Shown here piece by piece: positions 20,738-31,300 of a stretch of DNA of 64,000 bases. The position numbers were made by a program, and so were the translations under genes. Where the stretch lies: positions 144,981 to 208,980 of the IMG/VR virus record IMGVR_UViG_3300035208_003026; one strand, given 5' to 3'. Source of the stretch: a virus (taxonomy: Duplodnaviria; Caudoviricetes). Under the pieces are notes generated by a model. That model saw only the letters and a program-made list of their open reading frames with translations, did no database searches and was not told where the DNA came from. Numbering within the stretch: position 1 is the first letter of the stretch; the number at the start of each line of letters is the position of its first letter.

Positions 20738-21404
20738 GAGTATTTTGAATAAGGAAACAAAAGCAGAGAGGATAAGTAATCTTCTAGAGAGATTAGTAAC
20801 GCTTAGACGCAAATGTTTGAAATCAAAAAATGTAAAACTTAGGAAAGAATTTGAACAAGTCCAAGAGTTATGTATAATAGAGTTGGATTATTTGATAAGG
20901 ACACATACAAGAAGATATAAAAGCTTCTCAAATTATGATGATCTTTGTCAGGATGGAAGATTAGCATTGTATTCTGCATTGCAGAATTACGAGCCTGAGA
21001 AGGGTGATTTTTATTGGTGGGCGAATAAGTACATAAAAACCAAGATTAGTCGAGAGGCCAATCGCCACTCCACTATAAAGATACCTATTAAGCATACCAA
21101 ACATGTTACCCCGTATAAAGTTTCTCAGTTGCCTATTATTGTTGATAACAGTTTAAATGCTGTTGAAAATATGGAAAAAGGTGAGTTTGAGATATCTATT
21201 AGATCAGCAGTTAAAAAACTTCCTGATGACCAGCGTAGGGTAATAGAACTACATTACGAAATGAGCGGTGGTAGTTCTCATCATTCTGAATCGCAGAGCA
21301 TTGGTAAAATCTGTGACAAACTAAGTATTACTAGAGTGAATTGTATGAAACTGCTCAATGAAGCAAAAAAGACACTAAGACAAGAGCTGTCTGAAGTTTA
21401 TTGA
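20724..21404 (+). CDS. Sigma-70 family RNA polymerase sigma factor
   Basis: Region 2 DDLCQDGRLALYSALQNYEPEKG-F; region 4 LPDDQRRVIELHY...IGKICDKLSITR. Confidence 0.85.
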   Translation: MDENRSILNKETKAERISNLLERLVTLRRKCLKSKNVKLRKEFEQVQELCIIELDYLIRTHTRRYKSFSNYDDLCQDGRLALYSALQNYEPEKGDFYWWANKYIKTKISREANRHSTIKIPIKHTKHVTPYKVSQLPIIVDNSLNAVENMEKGEFEISIRSAVKKLPDDQRRVIELHYEMSGGSSHHSESQSIGKICDKLSITRVNCMKLLNEAKKTLRQELSEVY

Positions 21405-21415
21405 GGAAATGAAAC

Positions 21416-24400
21416 ATGGCGGATCAAAAGTTTACTTTCAAAGAAGCACACGAGATTGCACTTCAGTATTTTCGCGGAGGAGAAATCTCCGCATCTGTGT
21501 ATCTGAATAAATACGCAATGAAGGACAACGATGCAAACATCGTTGAACCAACTCCAGACTACATGCATAGAAGGCTTGCTGGAGAATTTGCTAGAATAGA
21601 CTCAGAGAAGTATGGTCTAAACTATCAAGAACGATATGATGTTTACTTTTCCGCCATGAAAGACTTCGGCCGTATCGTTCCGCAAGGATCGGTCATGGCT
21701 GCAGTTGGTAATCCATATCAAGTAATGTCTGCGTCTAACTGTGTTGTAGAAGCATCTCCTGAAGATTCTATTTCTGGAATCTTCAGAACTGCTCACAATT
21801 TAGCTCAGTTGTATAAGAGACGTTGTGTTGCAGAGGGATCTAAAGTTGTTACAAAAGAGCATGGACCGATTAATATCGAAAATGTTCTTCCTGGTATGCA
21901 TATTCTATCTTTTGATATTGATGAACAAAAGACGGTTTATAACAAGGTCTTGGACAAATTTGAGTCTAATGTTAATGAAGATGATAGAATTATCGTAAGA
22001 TATTCAAATGGTACAGAGCTAAGAACATCCAAGAAACATCCAATTCTTGAGTTTGGCGAGCAAGGTTTCGGTTACACTGAAGCTGGTAACATTAAAGCAG
22101 GAAGTATCAATGTTCGACCAGAAAATATCAATCTAACTGATTTGAATACTGGAGATTGGGATATTAACGCCACAGACGCACACGATCTTGCATGGTTTGT
22201 TGGTGCTCATATTGGTGATGGGTCTGCTGATTATGTTGTTACTGGTGATGATCGTGGTCGATATGATAGGATTCGTTTTAGAATCTCAGGTGACAATGAA
22301 GAGGTTGTGGAACAGTACAGGAACATTCATAATCATCTGACTACTAATTCAGCAAATTACCATAAGTCATATCGTACAGATTATCAGACGACATGTTGGG
22401 AGTTTTCATCAGCTGTAAAGGCAAATGAGGATATTCTCAATGAGTTGATAGGTAATCAGGTTGGGTCTAAGACGTATTCTGCGTTTGTTCCTAACTCGAT
22501 TGATTCTGACTTTAAAATGTGGTCATTCATAGCTGGTCTTATTGATACAGATGGAACAGTTAAACAAGATGGGCAGCAGATTGTTATTGGCATCTGTGCC
22601 AGGAAGGTGATCGATCAGGTGGCTGTATTTTTACAGTCCAAGGGAATTAGTACACATCTGATTGTTCGTGACGATGTTCGCGATAATGAACATACCATTT
22701 ACCAATTGTGTATTCATTATGATATGAATCTATGGGATGGTTTAGCGAACCGCATGGCTCATGATGAAAAACGAAATGCTCTTCGTGTTTACTTGTATGA
22801 GAATATGACTAAGCAGCATTCGTTGCGAAAGCCAATTAATCAGAGTGAATATGAACACATTCTTAAACATTATGATTGTCTTACAAAAGACTGGAAAAAT
22901 CCTAATCATAAACTTTTAGCAGCGAACATCTATTACATGAAAAAGGCAGATGTTCGTGGAGTTGGTAAAACGTTTTTGAATCAGCTTGTTGATTTTGGAG
23001 TCTTTTCTAAGGATGAGGCTGATTCTATAGTTAGCAGAGTATCTGTAATTGAGGTTGTTCAGGATACCGAGTCAAAAAAGTATTATGACATTGAAGTTGA
23101 GAATACAAACAATTTCTATTGTGGTAATGGTGGGTTGGTTTTAATTCATAACTGCGGTGTTGGTTTTGATCTTTCAAGCCTACGTCCAGAAGGTTCGAGT
23201 GTCAATAATGCCGCTCGTACAACTACTGGTGCCTGGAGTTTTGCAGATTTATATTCTACTGTAACTCGTTTGGTTGGTCAAGCGGGTCGTCGTGGAGCCT
23301 TGATGCTTACAATGGATGTTCATCATCCTGATGTGCTCAAGTTTGCTACAATGAAGCATGACCTAACCAAGGTTACTGGGGCAAATATTTCTTTGCGTTT
23401 GAGTGATGAATTCCTCAAGGCAGTTGATGAGGGTACTGATTATGAGGTTCGTTGGCCTGTTAACGATCCTAATCCAAAGATTCGTAAACGAGTGGATGCT
23501 CGCAAGGTTTGGGAAGTTATTGTAGAGTCTGCTACGAAGAGTGCAGAGCCTGGTCTTATTCTTTGGACTAATGCTGTTCGAACTCTTCCTGCTCATTGCT
23601 ATCCTCAATTCGTTTCTGTTTCTACAAACCCATGTTCCGAGATTATTCTTTCGGCTTCTGATAGCTGCCGATTGATTTCAATGAACTTGACTGCTTATAT
23701 TCGTAATGCTTTTGAAAGAGATGCATTCTTCGACTTTGAAGCATTTAAGAAAGATGCTGCTATCGCAGCTCAAATGGGTGACAATCTTGTTGACCTAGAA
23801 ATTGAGCTGATTGATAGAATCATCAATACCATTAAATCTACAGCAACAACGCTTGAAGATTCAGAGTGGGAAATTGAGATCTGGAAGAAGCTACGTAAAG
23901 CTGGTCATGATGGTCGTCGTACTGGTCTAGGAACTCATGGTCTTGCAGATGCTCTCGCACAGCTTCGGCTTCGATATGATTCGGATGATGCAAATGCAAT
24001 GGTAGATCAAATCTATCGCCACTTCAAGGAATCCATTTATCAAGCTTCTGCTGACTTAGCAAAGATTCGTGGACCATTCCCTGCGTTTGATCCTAAATAT
24101 GAAGTTGGTCATCCTTTCATCTCTGCATTGCCTGAGAGCACTCAGCGAGAAATGATGGAGAGTGGTCGTCGAAATATTTCGATGCTAACTCAAGCACCTA
24201 CTGGTTCGGTGTCAATCATCTCAAAGGTTGGCGAGTTTGATCTATTCAATGTGTCATCTGGTGTTGAGCCTGTCTTCCGCGTTGCTTATACAAGACGTAA
24301 GAAGGTTAATCCAGATGATGAGGGATCGAGAGTAGATTTCAGAGATGCCAACGGGGATTGCTGGCAAGAATATAGAATCTTCTCTGGTAATGCAAAGGCT

Positions 24401-25420
24401 TATCTTGATAAGTTTGGTCTTGATGAGGATACGAAGCTTCCAGAGTTTTTTGTCAGTTCTGATGAGATTAACTGGACAAAGCGTATTCGTATTCAGGCAA
24501 CTGAACAGAGACATATCGATCACTCCATTTCAAGTACCATTAACCTTCCGGCTGGTACGCCTAACTCTGTTGTTGCTGAGTTGTATTTAGAAGCTTGGAA
24601 ACAGGGTTTGAAGGGTGTTACTGTTTATGTTGATGGTTCAAGAGATGGTGTGCTTGTTACTGGAGAAAAGCAAGCCCTGAAGTGTGACAATTATCTGATC
24701 GGACATTACAATCAGGTATTTGATAAGGATGGTTTTGAACTCTGGGATGCTTTTGATCAGAAATTCCAGGAGATTTCTAAGAAGCTCAGGGACATCGCAG
24801 AGGCCAAGAGAAATGCTCAGGCTAACTTCGATTGGAATGCTGCTGAAGCTGTGGAGTTTCCAAAAATGCGAAAGCAAGATGTTTATGATGTTTTTGCACC
24901 AATCTTCAGTGATCCTGAGCGTGCTTACGCTCCTAAACGTCCAGCAGTCTTAGAATCTAAAACTCATAAGATCAGGATTGATTTTGGAAATGGTGAACCA
25001 AGGAATGCTTATGTTACAGTTTCCTTCTTCCCCAACTCCAAGCGACCATACGAGATTCTTGTTCAGGCTCCTAACTTTGGGCTTGGAGAAAAGGATCTTC
25101 AAATCCTGGAGTTGACTGCTCGAACAACATCCATGAATCTAAGACATGGAGTGCCGATTCCATTCATTTGTGAGCAGCTTGATAAGATTGGCGGACAGTA
25201 TCTGTTCTCTCTTCCAACCAATATTGCAAGAGTTCTTCGCCATTATGCTGGTGAAGAGGAGCTTGTGGAAGATGAGGGTGCTGATATTGAAGAGTTTGAC
25301 CGTAAGAATGCGGTATCTCTTGAGAAATGTCCATCATGTGGCCAGCGTACTTATAGAAGAACTGGTGCTGCTTGTGGGCATTGCGAAAATCCGAAGTGTA
25401 CTTATAGTAGTTGCGGATGA
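21416..25420 (+). CDS. nrdJ: Class II (B12-dependent) ribonucleotide reductase with intein and C-terminal TSCPD/Zn region
   Basis: SASNCVV, GRRGALM, TNPCSEI, APTGSVS, GLKGVTVYVDGSR, terminal CPSCG...CGHC...CTYSSCG. Confidence 0.92.
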   Translation: MADQKFTFKEAHEIALQYFRGGEISASVYLNKYAMKDNDANIVEPTPDYMHRRLAGEFARIDSEKYGLNYQERYDVYFSAMKDFGRIVPQGSVMAAVGNPYQVMSASNCVVEASPEDSISGIFRTAHNLAQLYKRRCVAEGSKVVTKEHGPINIENVLPGMHILSFDIDEQKTVYNKVLDKFESNVNEDDRIIVRYSNGTELRTSKKHPILEFGEQGFGYTEAGNIKAGSINVRPENINLTDLNTGDWDINATDAHDLAWFVGAHIGDGSADYVVTGDDRGRYDRIRFRISGDNEEVVEQYRNIHNHLTTNSANYHKSYRTDYQTTCWEFSSAVKANEDILNELIGNQVGSKTYSAFVPNSIDSDFKMWSFIAGLIDTDGTVKQDGQQIVIGICARKVIDQVAVFLQSKGISTHLIVRDDVRDNEHTIYQLCIHYDMNLWDGLANRMAHDEKRNALRVYLYENMTKQHSLRKPINQSEYEHILKHYDCLTKDWKNPNHKLLAANIYYMKKADVRGVGKTFLNQLVDFGVFSKDEADSIVSRVSVIEVVQDTESKKYYDIEVENTNNFYCGNGGLVLIHNCGVGFDLSSLRPEGSSVNNAARTTTGAWSFADLYSTVTRLVGQAGRRGALMLTMDVHHPDVLKFATMKHDLTKVTGANISLRLSDEFLKAVDEGTDYEVRWPVNDPNPKIRKRVDARKVWEVIVESATKSAEPGLILWTNAVRTLPAHCYPQFVSVSTNPCSEIILSASDSCRLISMNLTAYIRNAFERDAFFDFEAFKKDAAIAAQMGDNLVDLEIELIDRIINTIKSTATTLEDSEWEIEIWKKLRKAGHDGRRTGLGTHGLADALAQLRLRYDSDDANAMVDQIYRHFKESIYQASADLAKIRGPFPAFDPKYEVGHPFISALPESTQREMMESGRRNISMLTQAPTGSVSIISKVGEFDLFNVSSGVEPVFRVAYTRRKKVNPDDEGSRVDFRDANGDCWQEYRIFSGNAKAYLDKFGLDEDTKLPEFFVSSDEINWTKRIRIQATEQRHIDHSISSTINLPAGTPNSVVAELYLEAWKQGLKGVTVYVDGSRDGVLVTGEKQALKCDNYLIGHYNQVFDKDGFELWDAFDQKFQEISKKLRDIAEAKRNAQANFDWNAAEAVEFPKMRKQDVYDVFAPIFSDPERAYAPKRPAVLESKTHKIRIDFGNGEPRNAYVTVSFFPNSKRPYEILVQAPNFGLGEKDLQILELTARTTSMNLRHGVPIPFICEQLDKIGGQYLFSLPTNIARVLRHYAGEEELVEDEGADIEEFDRKNAVSLEKCPSCGQRTYRRTGAACGHCENPKCTYSSCG
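21824..23152 (+). mobile_element. Intein (443 aa) with LAGLIDADG endonuclease in nrdJ
   Basis: KRR|CVAEGSKV...SKKH...VGAHIGDG...FIAGLIDTDG...YYDIEVENTNNFY...LIHN|CGVG. Confidence 0.95.
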
Positions 25421-25794
25421 TTGAACGTTCTGTTTATCTAGATAGAGAAGATTGCAAGCTCATCGAAGAGGAAGAGCGGAATCTTTTCGTGCGGGGCATC
25501 CTGGAAGCAATGGGTGTTCCGCTCGAAGAGGCTTGGCCGGATATATCTCTTTCGGTCGAGCAGAAAATCAAACTTAGAGGTCTTCTTGGTAAATTGGAGA
25601 TGGAAATTATCGATGATGGAGATAGAGGATATACTATCTATCATCAAAATACAAAACTTGCAGAATGGTTTAAACCAAGATTTATCTTACGAGAAGATAA
25701 AGGGGCGAGAATTCTTAACAAGAAACTTTACTATGAGATGGTCATAAAAACTTGGAGTGTTTTTGACCAACAGGAGAATAATACTAATGACTAG
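25417..25794 (+). CDS. Hypothetical protein
   Basis: ATGA overlap with nrdJ stop. Confidence 0.65.
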   Translation: MIERSVYLDREDCKLIEEEERNLFVRGILEAMGVPLEEAWPDISLSVEQKIKLRGLLGKLEMEIIDDGDRGYTIYHQNTKLAEWFKPRFILREDKGARILNKKLYYEMVIKTWSVFDQQENNTND

Positions 25795-26128
25795 AGTAAC
25801 CGAAATTAGCAAAGAACAGTTGGCACCTATCGTTACGGCTCGCACCAAGACCATTGAATTGGCCCAGGCTGCTGAGCAGGCAATCAAGGATGCGCGTATG
25901 GCCGAGTTGGAGTTTAAGGTTCAGATTCAACAGCTTTACCTTGAGAAGGGTTTGGATTCCAATTGTCGAGTTGACATCAATACCGGTGCTGTAACTTGGC
26001 CAGATGTTGCTATTCAGGCAGTTGCCGTTGCTGTAGAAGAAGATGTCAAGTCAGAGGAAGTAAAACCACGTAAGAAGGCAAAGAAAAAGGACACGGTTGT
26101 AGTTGATGAAGATGAGACAACTGTCTAA
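25787..26128 (+). CDS. Hypothetical protein
   Basis: AGGAG RBS; charged C-terminal tail. Confidence 0.65.
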   Translation: MTRVTEISKEQLAPIVTARTKTIELAQAAEQAIKDARMAELEFKVQIQQLYLEKGLDSNCRVDINTGAVTWPDVAIQAVAVAVEEDVKSEEVKPRKKAKKKDTVVVDEDETTV

Positions 26129-26137
26129 GGATAAGTA

Positions 26138-26890
26138 ATGAAAATAACAGACCTTGCAGCATTAGTGCAAGTCCGCAACCATGTTTTGACAGTCATTAAC
26201 GATAAATCTGTTACCAACAGAGATGATTTCAAGCCTCTTAATGAGGCAAGGATGAAGTTGGATAAGAAGTTTGTTGAGATTGTTAAAACACTAGATGTGG
26301 ATTCGATTTTTCCTAACGAACTTCTTCTTGTGAAGGTTAGTGGAAATCCAACATCTAAAGAACTTGAAACTTGGAGAGATCTTTTCGAAGCGTCTCGTAA
26401 CGATCCTGATTTCAAGATCTTTACAAACGATGGTGTTTCTATTGTTCAACTTTCTATTGATCCAAAGTCTGAAGTAAGAGTTTGTCCAGCAATTGAGCCT
26501 AGAAGCATTGAGGTTTCCCCCAATATTTCAATTGCTAAGAAAGTACAGCTTAATCTTCCTTTTCAAACCCATGAAAAACCAGCTGATCCAACATTAAGCA
26601 TTGCAGCTGATGTTTTGACAGAGGTTGCTAATGGTGAAATTAAGAAGCTTGAAGCAAATTTAGCTAAGCTTAAAGAGCAGAACGTTACAATTGCTCCCGC
26701 GGTATTGGCAGAGGCTGCAAAACCGATTCAGGCTCCTGAAGAGGAAAAGTTGGCGGTTGTTGAGAAAGTTAGAAAGACAAAACTAACAGAAGCATCGCAA
26801 GATCCTGATATTGCAGCAGCTATTGCTCGTCAAAAGGAAGAGTTGAAGATTCAGGGTCGTTCGAATAAGAAAGTTAAGAAGGATGATTAA
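26138..26890 (+). CDS. Hypothetical protein containing a portal-protein-like segment (aa ~61-105)
   Basis: LLLVKVSGNPTSKELETWRDLFEASRNDPDFKIFTNDGVSI resembles a huge-phage portal clip region (recalled, not searched); low-complexity C-terminus. Confidence 0.65.
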   Translation: MKITDLAALVQVRNHVLTVINDKSVTNRDDFKPLNEARMKLDKKFVEIVKTLDVDSIFPNELLLVKVSGNPTSKELETWRDLFEASRNDPDFKIFTNDGVSIVQLSIDPKSEVRVCPAIEPRSIEVSPNISIAKKVQLNLPFQTHEKPADPTLSIAADVLTEVANGEIKKLEANLAKLKEQNVTIAPAVLAEAAKPIQAPEEEKLAVVEKVRKTKLTEASQDPDIAAAIARQKEELKIQGRSNKKVKKDD

Positions 26891-27686
26891 TAAAGGTGAG
26901 CTTATTCCGTTAAAGGATAAGCTCTGGTTAACTAAACAAAAACACGCCGGTCGTGTCGTTGCGAAATCCCATCAAGAGATTTTTGGGATGATCAAGGGCA
27001 TGGCCAGTGGCCTTTCTCTTAAGGTATTAGGAGATGTTGTAGAAGAAATCATTCGAAAGAATGATTGTATACCAACGTTTCTTAACTATCAAGGGTTTCC
27101 AAGTCCTATTTGTGCATCTTTGAATAATGAAATTGTTCATGGGTTTGCTCGTGACATTAAATTGCAAGATGGAGATGTTCTAAAGGTTGATATTGGTGCA
27201 ACTTTTGAAGGTGCAATTGCGGATTGTGCATTTACTTATGTTTTTGGTAAGTTGAAGAATCCAGAGATTGGGAGAATGCTTGTTTCATGTCAGCAAGCTC
27301 TGTATGATGCTATAGATGTTGTAAAGCCCGGAAAACAAATAGGCGTAATCGGAAAAGCTATTTGGGAAAGATCAAAAACTGATGGCTTTGGTGTAATTAC
27401 TACCTATGGTGGACATGGTATTAGTTATAATAAGCTACATGATTCACCATTTATCTCTAATAAATCAAGTGAGAATCTAGGAATTACAATTCAGCCAGGA
27501 ATGTCATTTGCAATAGAACCAATGTTTGTACTTGGTACCAATACTAATACCAAAACTCTAAAGGATAAATGGACAGTGATTACTAAAGATATAGGATGTC
27601 ATTATGAACACTCTATTACCCTTGATGATGATGGAAACTTACATATCATTACAGATCATGGTCTAAGTGCAAAGAATTTTCTGTAA
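26883..27686 (+). CDS. map: Methionine aminopeptidase type I
   Basis: FLNYQGFP, VHG, VDIG, DCAFT, GHGI, IEPM, HYEH metal ligands. Confidence 0.95.
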   Translation: MINKGELIPLKDKLWLTKQKHAGRVVAKSHQEIFGMIKGMASGLSLKVLGDVVEEIIRKNDCIPTFLNYQGFPSPICASLNNEIVHGFARDIKLQDGDVLKVDIGATFEGAIADCAFTYVFGKLKNPEIGRMLVSCQQALYDAIDVVKPGKQIGVIGKAIWERSKTDGFGVITTYGGHGISYNKLHDSPFISNKSSENLGITIQPGMSFAIEPMFVLGTNTNTKTLKDKWTVITKDIGCHYEHSITLDDDGNLHIITDHGLSAKNFL

Positions 27687-27704
27687 AGAAATAAGGGGTC
27701 GAGG

Positions 27705-27962
27705 ATGAAAATCGTTTTCGATGATGGTGGGTACATTGAGTTTCAGCGATCTAAGAAAGCACATCATGTTTTTGTGATGATTGCTGCAAAAGATTCAACT
27801 AACCCATTGAAACTATTAGTAAATTCTGCTGAGATTCAACTTAGTCAATTGATAGAGGCCGTAAAATCAGTATCAGGCCCGTTAATGTTAGAAGGAAAGA
27901 CCAATGACCAAAACAATCAAGACAGCCAAGACATCACTCCAGACAATTCAGAACATTCATAG
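27705..27962 (+). CDS. Hypothetical protein
   Basis: 85 aa ORF with RBS-like GAGG. Confidence 0.55.
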   Translation: MKIVFDDGGYIEFQRSKKAHHVFVMIAAKDSTNPLKLLVNSAEIQLSQLIEAVKSVSGPLMLEGKTNDQNNQDSQDITPDNSEHS

Positions 27963-28230
27963 CCGTAAGCTGACGAATAATACCCAAAGGGTAGGTCTGC
28001 GGTTGTTAACCGCAGCCGGAGAGTGGATTCCCCGTTCTCAGCTTGCCAGGATTCCATCTGCCACTGCTCGTGTTCGGGATCTTCGCAAGGAGCAGTTTGG
28101 GTCATTACAGGTTGAATGTAGAAGTTCTGATGACTTAAAAAAGAAGACTTCCAAGAGGACGTTTTATTATCGAATCAACGCAAGCCGAGTTACCAAAAAG
28201 CAGTTAGACAAGCTATTTCCAACAGTATAA
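27904..28230 (+). CDS. Putative winged-helix DNA-binding protein
   Basis: Basic; GEWIPRSQL...SATARVRDLRK...YYRI pattern. Confidence 0.55.
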   Translation: MTKTIKTAKTSLQTIQNIHSRKLTNNTQRVGLRLLTAAGEWIPRSQLARIPSATARVRDLRKEQFGSLQVECRSSDDLKKKTSKRTFYYRINASRVTKKQLDKLFPTV

Positions 28231-28254
28231 TACGTAACTAGATTCTAAAAGCAT

Positions 28255-28290
28255 AAGAGCCCCAGAAGATTTTTCCTTCTGGGGCTTTTT
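28255..28290 (+). terminator. Intrinsic terminator
   Basis: Stem AGCCCCAGAAG / CTTCTGGGGCT followed by a T-run. Confidence 0.85.
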
Positions 28291-28346
28291 CGTTGCGCAT
28301 AATCAGGAATATACTTGAAAAACACCCTGAATCAGGCTGAGGACTA

Positions 28347-31300
28347 ATGGTACTACCTTATGTAAATCCAGATGGAGTGAACCCGTCTTTTGTCTATACT
28401 CGATACCCGTGTGACTTTGACGATCCTCGTCCTACGGATACTCGTGGTTTACCTGTTACAGTAGATAATAAAACACCTGTAAAAGCTGAAGTTGTAAACA
28501 GACAAAGAGAGTCAATTCTAGCTATTGAAGCTGAACTAGGCATTCAGCCAAGTGGTACTTTTACAACTGTACGAGCGCGTCTTGATGCTTTAGATTCACT
28601 TATTTGGGAATCTGATGGCTATGTTGAAGGACCAAGTTCATCTACTTATAACGCAATTGCCAGGTTTGAAGACAGTACAGGAAAATTAATTCAGAATTCT
28701 GTAGTAACAATATCTGATACTGGAGATATACAAGGGGCAACGATTGACGGATATAATATTCCTGATATTGCTTATGATGTTGCTAATATTAATCTAACAT
28801 CACTTAATGATGTTAATGGAATTACAAGCCCTCTTGATGGATACTATCTCAGAGGAAATGGATCTTATTGGCAAGGTAGAGTTTTTTCAAATGATGTTTT
28901 GTCCTTGGCTGATGTTAAAGGAGCTTCATCATCAACAGATAATGCTATTGCCAGGTTTAATTTAACTACAGGAAAATTAATTCAGAATTCTTTGGTAACA
29001 ATATCTGATACTGGAATTATTGATGGCGTAAATTCTGTATCACTTAATTTATTACCTAATGGATCTTATCCATCTTGGCAAGAAGGTTTGATATTCTATG
29101 ATTCAACAAATCATACTCTTGTTGCTTATAATGATCAATCTGATGTAACTCAACAAATAGGACAAGAATTCTATTTGAGAATTGTCAATAAAACAGGAGT
29201 TATTATTCCTAATGGTTCTGTTGTATACGTAAATGGAGCACAAGAAAATCGTCCAACAGTTGCTTTAGCTCAGGCAAATGATCCTGTAAAGGTATTAGCA
29301 ACTGGTATAGCTACTCATGATATTGCAATCAATCAGGAAGGTTTAATAACAATTAAAGGCACAGTAAATGGTATTGATACTAGAGCGTTTACGGCCGGTG
29401 ACTTTCTTTACGTTAGTCCAAGTGTTGCTGGTGGTTTAACAAATATCAAACCACTTGGTCAACATTATGTTTGGTTTGTTGGTGTTGCTTTAAATAGTAC
29501 TGTTAATGGATCTGTTGTTGTTAGTACGCAAGGGCCTATTAATCTAACATCGCTTCATGATGTTAATGGTATTTCTTCAGCTCTTGATGGATATTATCTC
29601 AGAGGAGATGGAACGATTTGGGAAGGACGCGAATTCTCAAGTGATGTTCTTGAATTAGCTGATGTTAAAGGACCAGTATCATCAACAGATAATGCTATTG
29701 CTAGATTTGATTTAAGTACAGGAAAATTAATTCAGAATTCTGTAGTAACAATATCTGATACTGGAAATATCCAAGGAGCAACAATTGATGGATATAATAT
29801 TCCTGATATTGTTTATGATGTTGCTTATAATGTCACCTATCGCGATTCATTGCATGTTGCTGGTCGTGCCGAACTTCCGCAGGTAGCGCAGGCTCGTGTG
29901 GGGAGCCATGTGACGTGCGGAAATCTCGGTGACGAGTTTGTAGCTATAGCAGCCAATACTTATCCTATCGATAAAGAGTTCGTGATTGCGTCCATCGCGT
30001 CGCCTGGTGTTCAGTGGGTTTGGCGGAATCCTGAAACTGGGCGGTTGGGATTCGATCCTTCGGAATCCCTGAAATGGGTTTGTGCATTAAGTGCAGAACG
30101 TATTTTACTTCGACACAACGCAGGTACAATTACCGATGCTATTGTTGATGGCGGATGGGCGGCTTCGACTGGTGAGCAATTAACGGCTGGATACGGTGGA
30201 ACACCAACACTTTCAGAATCATTGTACGGAGGCAAGCCTGGACTATCATTCGATACTAGTTCGTGGATAAAATTTGTACTACCAGATCGTTGTCATCCCG
30301 ATGCGAATTGGGGTTATTTGTGTTCAACACAATTAACGGACGATGCGCTTACTGCAAACCATAACGTTCTTGATGTTGATTCTGGTGCTACTGATACTGA
30401 CACGTACCGTCTCGGTATCTATGATGCGTCTGAAATGTTTCACGTAATGGTAACTGATTCGACGACGCGGTTCAATAGCGTTGCAAACGATGAATTGTAC
30501 ATGGCTCCAATTCGTGGGCCGTCATTATTGAATGAGCACAGACAGACGTTCGGGTTCTTTAGTGATACTGGTTACACTACGTATTGTAATTGCCGTCCTG
30601 GATATACAAAATCTAAAATCGTAACGACGTATATTGGCGATACAGCCCCTGTTGTTTATATAAATGTGCAGGCGAACGGGGCGAATATTGGTTCTCAGGT
30701 TTTCAACAGGATCGATTTTTTTAACGGATATCCTGGTGATCTTTATCTTCGAAACTATGATCGATACGTTAATGCCGGTCTGCCTGATATACGTGTAATC
30801 TGCATTGGGGACTCAATAACATGGGGAGCCGGTTTATCGAACGAGCAAAGTTGGCCAGTTCTGCTGTCATCTGACAGCTCTATCGCTGCAGGTTTTGATT
30901 CCAATGGTGTAACAGCTCATTATAACGTCGAAAATCTTGGTATTTCCGGCTGGCAAACAGGCAATGTGATTCAAGCGCTATCAAGTAGGATTGGTCCATT
31001 TGTGCCATTCGAAGGTCGTGTGCGAAACGGGAGAACGATCACAATTGTTCTCATCGGGATCAATGACGTAATAGTAACTCCGGCAGGTACAGATATTGGG
31101 GAGCGTGCAGCTGAAATTTCTGATCGAATCTACGAGATTTGCGACCGATTAACACCACAAGGCGCATATGTGATCTTGCAAACGTTGTTACCAGCCACCA
31201 GTGCGTGGTTGGACACTGATAAACAATCGATACGAACTAGTATCAATAATACAATTATTAATAGTGGAACAAACCATGCAGATTCTGTTTTTCAGTCTCA

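Noticed and set aside
28629-29825. Diversity-generating retroelement TR/VR pair
   Set aside because: The repeats are both coding, differences are not adenine-specific, and there is no reverse transcriptase in the window.
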